Shown: in pieces, positions 48,276 through 55,010 of the stretch
Position numbering within the stretch: the stretch's first letter is position 1
Layout of the letters: every line of letters starts with the position of its first letter
Source: a bacterium
GTDB taxonomy: Bacteria > Cyanobacteriota > Vampirovibrionia > Gastranaerophilales > JBAXKC01
Length of the DNA stretch: 55,010 nt
Assembly: GCA_037137535.1 (NCBI GenBank)
Contig: JBAXKC010000018.1
Span: forward strand, 1-55,010
Reading direction: 5' to 3'
Position numbers and translations under genes: made by a program
Notes under the pieces: generated by a model
What the model was told of the DNA's origin: nothing
What the model saw: only the letters and a program-made list of their open reading frames with translations
The model's database searches: none

Positions 48276-49433
48276 GTGAAAAATATGGAATCAATGATTT
48301 TTTCAGGTGGATTATTTGTTCTGATTATGGCATTGTTGCCTTCGGTCGCTTTTTTTTGTTTAGAGGCGGTTTGTTTCAGAGACAGACTTATACGTGCATC
48401 ATTAACCTTCATTTTTGTTATATCTATATTCCTTAGTCAATTCTTATTATCTAATGGATTCCTAATACCTGGAATTTTTCTTTTTAGTTATATTATTTTC
48501 TGGATTACAATTAGCTATAAATGTAATAGTGCACTTCCAATTGGTGATTTTAAATCTGCTTATAAAATTACAAAAAAATATTCTTTTTTATATGCTGGTT
48601 ATTTTTCAATTTTATTAATAAATATTCTTGAATCTTTAGCTATTGATGTTACTGATGAAGAAAGAGATAAAAAACTTTTCGATAAATATATAGTGAATTC
48701 AGATGAACAGACCTTAGCTTATCTGTCCGTATTAATATTTTATAAGCCCTTTGTAACAAACTATTTTATTGCTTGGTTTGAAGCTCAGATTGACCAAAAT
48801 AAAAGTTGTGAATTAAAAAAATATTATCCTATTTATATGAGATCACTTGGTATTAATCATAAATATGAAGAAATGATTTTATTTTATAAATCAATAGAGC
48901 AAGATTTTATAAATACTAAAAGCGATGTTAAAATATGTAGCACATGCTTATTTTACTTGTTTAATTTTTTAGGAAAAATAAACTTATCCAATATATATTT
49001 CGAAAAAGCATTTTGCAACACATCTGATATGGTAAAATTAAGTTTTATTGCAAGAGTAAAATTTAATGCGGGTGAAACTGAAGAGGCTTATAACGATTTG
49101 CAGGAGTTGGAAAAGAAACCTAATAGCAAATATATAGCATACAGAGTAAAACATTGGTTTGAAACAAGTCGAATTGTATCTGAAATTGAATTTTCTCCTG
49201 AAATAGCACAATCTCTTGAAGAAATTGAAAAGAGGGCAACATTAAATAGTTCTTCTATTGCACCTTTTATGAATGAAAAAAGCTTGGATTCAAGTTTAAT
49301 TTCTGATGGAAACATAAAATCAGAAATTAATATTATTCTTAAAATCATTCTAATTCTTATAGTAATAGCTACATTATTATATGAAACTGCTTTATTTTTA
49401 GGTATTGTTCCTAATTATTTTAACAATATATAA
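48276..49433 (+). CDS. hypothetical membrane protein with helical soluble region
   Basis: 385-aa ORF; 3-4 N-terminal and 1 C-terminal hydrophobic segments; no family motif; start may be ATG 48285. Confidence 0.55.
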   Translation: MKNMESMIFSGGLFVLIMALLPSVAFFCLEAVCFRDRLIRASLTFIFVISIFLSQFLLSNGFLIPGIFLFSYIIFWITISYKCNSALPIGDFKSAYKITKKYSFLYAGYFSILLINILESLAIDVTDEERDKKLFDKYIVNSDEQTLAYLSVLIFYKPFVTNYFIAWFEAQIDQNKSCELKKYYPIYMRSLGINHKYEEMILFYKSIEQDFINTKSDVKICSTCLFYLFNFLGKINLSNIYFEKAFCNTSDMVKLSFIARVKFNAGETEEAYNDLQELEKKPNSKYIAYRVKHWFETSRIVSEIEFSPEIAQSLEEIEKRATLNSSSIAPFMNEKSLDSSLISDGNIKSEINIILKIILILIVIATLLYETALFLGIVPNYFNNI

Positions 49434-49783
49434 AATTATCCCAGTAGTAGTTGTTAAATTAACAACACTTTAGAGGCTGGACAAATTCAAAAGGAATTCC
49501 AGTCATTTTTTTGTAGTCCACTTCATCTTTTTTTAAATGTCCAAAATTAATTTAAGTCCAAAGTTCAGAACCAACTATTTTTTATATTGTAGTATTTCTA
49601 TTAGATATACTTAGGTCCTCTAGAATGTTAAAAATTATATCAATTTATTGTTTATTGTTGTATAAATAATAAATTTTCTTTACTCTTAATTTAGGTTTAA
49701 ATGTATTATTGTATAGTTGTGCTTTTTTTTGAATAAAATAGGTTAAATTTTTTAGTAGTATTTATGAGTAGGAGATAATTTGA

Positions 49784-52700
49784 ATGGTAAACATTAATCT
49801 TTATGCAGATGAAGTTGCTGAAAACAAGTATATTTATAAATATAACGGCGATAATGATCTTCAAAGCAAGGAAGAATATAATCAAGCAGGTTTATTGATT
49901 TCAGAAACTCATTACAGTTATAGTGGTGTTGCCACTTTAAGCTCTTACACTAAAGATACATACCAATATGATAATAACAACCAAAAAATTTCAGATATTG
50001 AATATAGTTATAACGCTAGCGGGACATTAGAATCGGAAGAAAAATGGCTTAACGATAATAAGTCAGGATTAATTCCTGTTTATGAAAAACTTTACACAAA
50101 TGGTCAGCTTACTTCTTCTCTGTCATATACTGACAGAACTTTAGATGTTAATGGAAATATAACAGGTGCGACTATAATAGATAACCTTAATAACGACAGC
50201 ATCTACGGGCATGTTGTAAGAAACGGTAATACATTTGAATTTTATAAAATAGACGGAAATCAAGAAGTTCTTGAAAGGCAATATGTATTTACTTTTGATG
50301 AAAGTGGAAATGTATTAACTGAAACAGGTTTAATTTTAAGAAACAGCAGCTGGGTTCAAAAATATCAAGATGTTTATACATATGGTCAGAACAATATAAT
50401 ATTAAGTGAAGAACATTATCAAATTAATGAATCAGATTTAGAGCATCCTTATTACTATAAAAAAAATAATACTTATGACGGAAATAACCTATTAGCTTCT
50501 TATACCCAAGAATGGCATCAAGCAGGCGGAGATGGAACTGCTAATGTTGTTTTAAATTATGATAATGGTAGATTGATTTCAGAAATAAGAACAGTTGCCG
50601 ATCAGCCTGATAAACAATATTATACCGATGTTAAAGTAAGTGATGGTAATTATTATTTAGGCACTTATGCAAATGAATTAATACAGGGAAGTGACAAAAT
50701 AAGTTCAGCTTTTAATGGAAATGGTGGAAATGATACCATCATAGGTGGTTCAGGCAATGATAATATCGATAATTCTGGCGGCACTGCCATAATGATTGGC
50801 GGGGCAGGAGATGACACCTATGTTGTTAATAACTTAAATGACGTTATTATTGAAGGAGCTGACGGTGGAAATGATCAGGTATTGCAGACTGTAAATAATT
50901 ACACGTTAGATGCTAATGTAGAAACATTAAGAATATATAATGAACTTGGTTTAACCGCTTCAGGTAATGATTCAGATAATACAATAATAGGCTCATACGG
51001 TAACGATACAATTATCGGCGGTAAAGGTAATGATGTCTTATATGGGTCGGGTGGTGACGCAGCAGATGCTCAAGCAGATATACCACATTCAAATGATACT
51101 TATCTCTTTAATCAGGGCGATGGATTTGACACGATTAAAGATGGTGATGGTACGGATAAAATTATATTCGGAAACGGTATATTAAAATCTAATACCACTT
51201 TTTCATTAACAGGTAATGACTTACTTGTTAATGTCAATGGCAGCGATACTGATAAAATACTTATTAAAGACTGGAATACCGCTGCTAATAATATTGAAGA
51301 ATTATGTTTCTCTGATGGAAGCAAATATATAAATTCTCAAATAAATGCCTCTTTATATTCGCATAGCTCTAATTTTTTATACAGAATTGATCCGACAACA
51401 AACACAGTGATGGGTAAAAAAGAATTTAACGCAAATGGTCAGTTAGTTGAGTTTAGTTTTAATGTTGATAATGTAAATACTAAATATAGACGTCAATATG
51501 ACCAGAATGGTGTTTGGACAGGAGTTACGGTTACAGAAACTACCGATCAAACGATAACTGCAAGGGATGAGTATGAAGTTGATGCAACAGGAAGATTTAT
51601 CCCTGTTACTCATCTTTGGACAAACAATAGCGGAATAGTCCAGCCTGAACAGCACTATCAAAAAGTTTTTACTAATAATGTTCTTACTCAATTAGATATA
51701 TTAAATCTTGATAATAATAAAATAGGCGAAATTAATACTACTGATACAGGGACAGGAGCAAATAGGGTTATAACCTCTAATGGCTTTTATTTGGATGGGG
51801 ATACTCATGTAAACCCATATACTGATACTCAGACCTTTTATTCAGATGGACAAACTGTAAAAGATTTTATACATTATGAACCGGGTGATTTGGGTGGAAC
51901 TCATAAAGAAACCTATGATACAGCAGGCAGACATCTTCTTATTGAACAGATTGACAATGCTTCAGGTGCAAATTTCCTTGACAGAACAACCTTTCAGTAT
52001 GATGCAAACGGTAATTTTACGAGCATAATTCAGACCTATCACGACAGCTCTATTCATTTAGATAAAACAATAACTTCTACTTTTAATTACTTAGAAGGTG
52101 GTTTGATTTCAGAATCCAGAGTTATTGTAACAACAGAAAATAATGGAGATCCAGTAACCACTAATGATAAACTAATCTATTCTAATGTTTATTCGGATAA
52201 TGGTGTCTATAATGATACAACTCCTTTTAATGTAATTTCTGCTTCTAGTAATGGTAGTAATAACATAAGTGCAACAGGTGGAAGTGTTATTGTTGTAGGT
52301 GGAAGTCAATCTGACTTGATTTCATTGAACAGCTCCGGTAACGCTGTGGTTATGGCTGGGCAAGGAAATGACACAATTGCAGATTACGGAACAAATACAA
52401 CTTATTATTATAGCTTAGGTGATGGAAGCGATATAATAACTGATCCAGATGGAACAGACGTAATTAAATTTACTGGAGTTAATCCAAATAATCTGACATT
52501 TGACACTATTGGTGATAATCATGAAAATCTTTTAATTACAATAAGTGATACAGATAAAATTACTATTCAAAATTGGGTAACAAGCCTTGATAATCAAATT
52601 GAAACATTCAAATTTGATAATGGAAGTGTTTGGACAGCTCAAACTATAAATAATATCCTCAATGGTGGCATCAGACCTAATGAGGGAACCAGCGGTAATG

Positions 52701-55010
52701 ATGTTATAAACGGTACTGCTAATGATGACATTATAAATGGATTCGCAGGAAATGATATAATAAATGGTCTTGACGGTAATGATACTATTGATGGCGGTGT
52801 TGGCTCAGATACAATGGTAGGTGGCTTAGGCAATGATACTTATATCGTTGATAATTTAGGCGATGTTGTTCTTGAAAGTTCTAATTCAGGTAATGATAAA
52901 GTTATAACCAACCTTGTGAACTATACCTTATCATCAAACGTAGAAAACCTTGATATGACAGCTTCGGTTTCAGTAAGAGCGACAGGAAATTCATTAGATA
53001 ATACAATAACAACCGAAATTGGAAATAATACAATTTTTGGTATGGCAGGAAATGACATAATTACAACCGGTACAGCTAGCGATTATTTCTCAGGCGATGA
53101 TTATATTGACGGTGGAGCCGGTGCAGACACTATGTCAGGTGGATTAGGCAGTGATACCTATATTGTCGATAATTTAGGCGATGTTGTTATTGAAGATATA
53201 AACTATGGCTATGATAACAATGCATACGATAAAGTAATTAGTAGTGTGAATGACTATACTCTGGCTGATGAAGTAGAAAACCTTGAATTATCCGGTACTA
53301 TTGGAATGAAAGTAACCGGTAATTATTTGGGTAATACAATTACAGGAACAGTAGGTATTGATACCTTGATTGGTGCTAATGGTGACGACACATATTATGT
53401 TAACAGCTCCAGTGATGTTGTTGTTGAAACAAATTCAGCTTCATCAGGTAATGATACTGTTATATCAACAGCTTCTTATACCCTTTCTGCAAACGTGGAA
53501 AATCTTGCGTTATCCGGGACTGTGGGATTAAAAGGAGTTGGTAATGAATTAGGCAATACGATTGTAGCAACTGCGGGTAATAATACACTTTTGGGCTTTG
53601 CAGGAAATGATGTAATCTCTGGTGGTACAGGAAACGATATAATTGACGGTGGTATCGGAAACGACATAATATCAGGTGAGGCAGGAGATGACACGATTGA
53701 TGGCGGTGCCGGAATCGATACAATGATAGGTGGATTAGGAAATGATACCTATATTGTTGACGAGTTAGGCGATAGTGTATATGAAACTATTAACGCGGGA
53801 ATTGATAAAATTAAAACAAATCTTATTAATTACACGTTAGCTTCAAACGTAGAAAATCTTGAAATGACTGGAACTCTTGGTGTTAAAGCAACAGGTAATG
53901 AGTTATCTAATACAATTACCGTAACCTCAGGAAATAATACAATATTTGGCCTTGAAGGCAATGATGTTATAACAACAGGCTCAGGTAACGACACAATTGA
54001 TGGTGGTGTTGGAATAGACACAATGACAGGCGGATTAGGCAATGATACATACATTGTTGATAATTCAGCGGATGTTATTATTGAAACATCTTCAATCAAT
54101 TCAGGCATTGATAAAGTTATGTCCTCAGTCTCTTATACACTTTCCTCAAATGTAGAAAACTTGGAATTAACAGGTTCAGCAGGAATAAGAGGAGTTGGTA
54201 ACGAATTAGTTAATACCATTATTGCAAGTGCCGGAAATAATACACTTTTAGGTTTTGCAGGAAATGATGTAATTTTAGGCGGTACAGGTGATGATTTAAT
54301 CGATGGCGGAGTCGGAACGGATACAATGACGGGTGGACTAGGCAATGATACCTATATTGTTGACAATTTAGCTGATGTTGTTATTGAAACAAATGCAGAT
54401 GGATCTGGAATAGATAAAGTTCAGACAGCTCTAGCAAGCTATACATTAGGTGCAAGCATAGAAAATCTCGAAATGACTGGTACAACTGGAGTAAAAGGGA
54501 CTGGTAACGAATTAGCTAATATAATAACAGGCGCTTCAGGTAACGACACTATTGATGGTGGATCCGGTGCTGACACTATGATAGGTGGATTAGGTAATGA
54601 CACCTATATCGTTGACAATTTAAGCGATGTTGTTAATGAAGGTCTGAACGCTGGAATTGATAAAGTTCAAGTAAATATAAATGATTATACACTTGCTGCT
54701 AATGTTGAAAATCTTGATATCATTGGAAGTGCAGGAATAAAAGGTAGTGGTAACGAATTAGCTAATACAATCACAGCCACAGCAGGAAATAACTCTATCT
54801 TCAGTCTTGCAGGAAACGACTTCATCACGGGCGGTAGTGGTAATGACTTAATTGACGGCGGTATCGGCACTGATACAATGGCTGGCGGTTTAGGCAATGA
54901 TACTTATATAGTAGATAATCTTGGTGATGTTGTAATTGAAAGTGTTAATTCCGGTACAGATAAAGTTAAGACTGATCTTGTTAACTATACGTTAGCAACA
55001 AACGTAGAAA
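49784..55010 (+). CDS. giant RTX/hemolysin-type Ca-binding repeat protein with YD-like blocks; 3'-truncated by window edge (not in ORF track)
   Basis: ATG 49784 after AGGAG; the same frame reads MVNINLYADE... at the start and ...LVNYTLATNVE at the window end (1742 codons); many GGxGxDxxx nonapeptides and YTLxxNVENL motifs. Confidence 0.93.
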   Translation, partial: MVNINLYADEVAENKYIYKYNGDNDLQSKEEYNQAGLLISETHYSYSGVATLSSYTKDTYQYDNNNQKISDIEYSYNASGTLESEEKWLNDNKSGLIPVYEKLYTNGQLTSSLSYTDRTLDVNGNITGATIIDNLNNDSIYGHVVRNGNTFEFYKIDGNQEVLERQYVFTFDESGNVLTETGLILRNSSWVQKYQDVYTYGQNNIILSEEHYQINESDLEHPYYYKKNNTYDGNNLLASYTQEWHQAGGDGTANVVLNYDNGRLISEIRTVADQPDKQYYTDVKVSDGNYYLGTYANELIQGSDKISSAFNGNGGNDTIIGGSGNDNIDNSGGTAIMIGGAGDDTYVVNNLNDVIIEGADGGNDQVLQTVNNYTLDANVETLRIYNELGLTASGNDSDNTIIGSYGNDTIIGGKGNDVLYGSGGDAADAQADIPHSNDTYLFNQGDGFDTIKDGDGTDKIIFGNGILKSNTTFSLTGNDLLVNVNGSDTDKILIKDWNTAANNIEELCFSDGSKYINSQINASLYSHSSNFLYRIDPTTNTVMGKKEFNANGQLVEFSFNVDNVNTKYRRQYDQNGVWTGVTVTETTDQTITARDEYEVDATGRFIPVTHLWTNNSGIVQPEQHYQKVFTNNVLTQLDILNLDNNKIGEINTTDTGTGANRVITSNGFYLDGDTHVNPYTDTQTFYSDGQTVKDFIHYEPGDLGGTHKETYDTAGRHLLIEQIDNASGANFLDRTTFQYDANGNFTSIIQTYHDSSIHLDKTITSTFNYLEGGLISESRVIVTTENNGDPVTTNDKLIYSNVYSDNGVYNDTTPFNVISASSNGSNNISATGGSVIVVGGSQSDLISLNSSGNAVVMAGQGNDTIADYGTNTTYYYSLGDGSDIITDPDGTDVIKFTGVNPNNLTFDTIGDNHENLLITISDTDKITIQNWVTSLDNQIETFKFDNGSVWTAQTINNILNGGIRPNEGTSGNDVINGTANDDIINGFAGNDIINGLDGNDTIDGGVGSDTMVGGLGNDTYIVDNLGDVVLESSNSGNDKVITNLVNYTLSSNVENLDMTASVSVRATGNSLDNTITTEIGNNTIFGMAGNDIITTGTASDYFSGDDYIDGGAGADTMSGGLGSDTYIVDNLGDVVIEDINYGYDNNAYDKVISSVNDYTLADEVENLELSGTIGMKVTGNYLGNTITGTVGIDTLIGANGDDTYYVNSSSDVVVETNSASSGNDTVISTASYTLSANVENLALSGTVGLKGVGNELGNTIVATAGNNTLLGFAGNDVISGGTGNDIIDGGIGNDIISGEAGDDTIDGGAGIDTMIGGLGNDTYIVDELGDSVYETINAGIDKIKTNLINYTLASNVENLEMTGTLGVKATGNELSNTITVTSGNNTIFGLEGNDVITTGSGNDTIDGGVGIDTMTGGLGNDTYIVDNSADVIIETSSINSGIDKVMSSVSYTLSSNVENLELTGSAGIRGVGNELVNTIIASAGNNTLLGFAGNDVILGGTGDDLIDGGVGTDTMTGGLGNDTYIVDNLADVVIETNADGSGIDKVQTALASYTLGASIENLEMTGTTGVKGTGNELANIITGASGNDTIDGGSGADTMIGGLGNDTYIVDNLSDVVNEGLNAGIDKVQVNINDYTLAANVENLDIIGSAGIKGSGNELANTITATAGNNSIFSLAGNDFITGGSGNDLIDGGIGTDTMAGGLGNDTYIVDNLGDVVIESVNSGTDKVKTDLVNYTLATNVE
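52680..55010 (+). repeat. tandem coding repeat of about 240-350 bp RTX modules
   Basis: GG(L/A)xxDTYxVDNxxDVV anchors near 52820, 53138, 53372, 53728, 54029, 54332, 54584, 54884. Confidence 0.85.

Noticed and set aside
1496-49348. Other short nested or antisense ORFs in the track (e.g. 1496-1693, 11555-11881, 21672-22296, 23703-24242, 29286-29477, 31172-31423, 48119-48412)
   Set aside because: They overlap well-supported genes or terminators and have no motifs or convincing RBS.
49516-49560. Three GTCCA copies upstream of the RTX gene as an operator
   Set aside because: Only 5 bp long with uneven spacing (23 and 17 nt); not distinguishable from chance.
51112-54897. Minus-strand short ORFs in the track (e.g. 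52639-52833, 53476-53694, 53830-54108, 54133-54345, 54685-54897)
   Set aside because: Antisense shadows of the RTX gene; their Pro/Ser/Ile repeats are the reverse complement of Gly/Asp/Asn codons.
52680-55010. Periodic repeats as a possible CRISPR array or DGR
   Set aside because: Repeats are in-frame, diverge at third codon positions and are ~300 bp apart; no cas or reverse transcriptase gene in the window.

Overview
AT-rich bacterial chromosomal segment of a diderm organism. The gene set (LdpA-like protein, cyanobacterial-type LptD and GH57/DUF3536, kdsA, no photosynthesis genes in view) suggests a non-photosynthetic Cyanobacteriota relative (Melainabacteria/Vampirovibrionia); this assignment is inference. 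Left to right: a GH13 TreZ/GlgB-like enzyme with an unusual N-terminal leader; a small EPS block (AT3 acyltransferase, galE, degenerate Wzc, priming glycosyltransferase); an envelope/lipid operon (35-aa sORF, M23 peptidase, lptD-like, accD, accA, prmA, sensor kinase, kdsA); cstA; leuS; a helical-repeat protein behind a sigma28-like promoter; GH57; an intronless tRNA-Leu(UAA); and an accessory stretch (sensor-less kinase, zincin-like protein, rtcB, metzincin-TPR). Next comes an 11-gene CDP-3,6-dideoxy/branched-chain sugar cluster: rfbF-rfbG-rfbH, an LdpA homologue, HAD, two aldolases, a ThDP enzyme, SDR, GT2 and an O-acetyltransferase. The window ends in a >1740-aa ORF missing from the supplied track, which alternates YD-like blocks with RTX Ca-binding repeats. 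The best candidates for new biology are the long-branch sugar pathway in which LdpA sits where the E3 reductase is missing, the YD/RTX mosaic protein, and a shared 'ISFG' N-terminal leader. All calls come from reading motifs by eye; no database searches were run.
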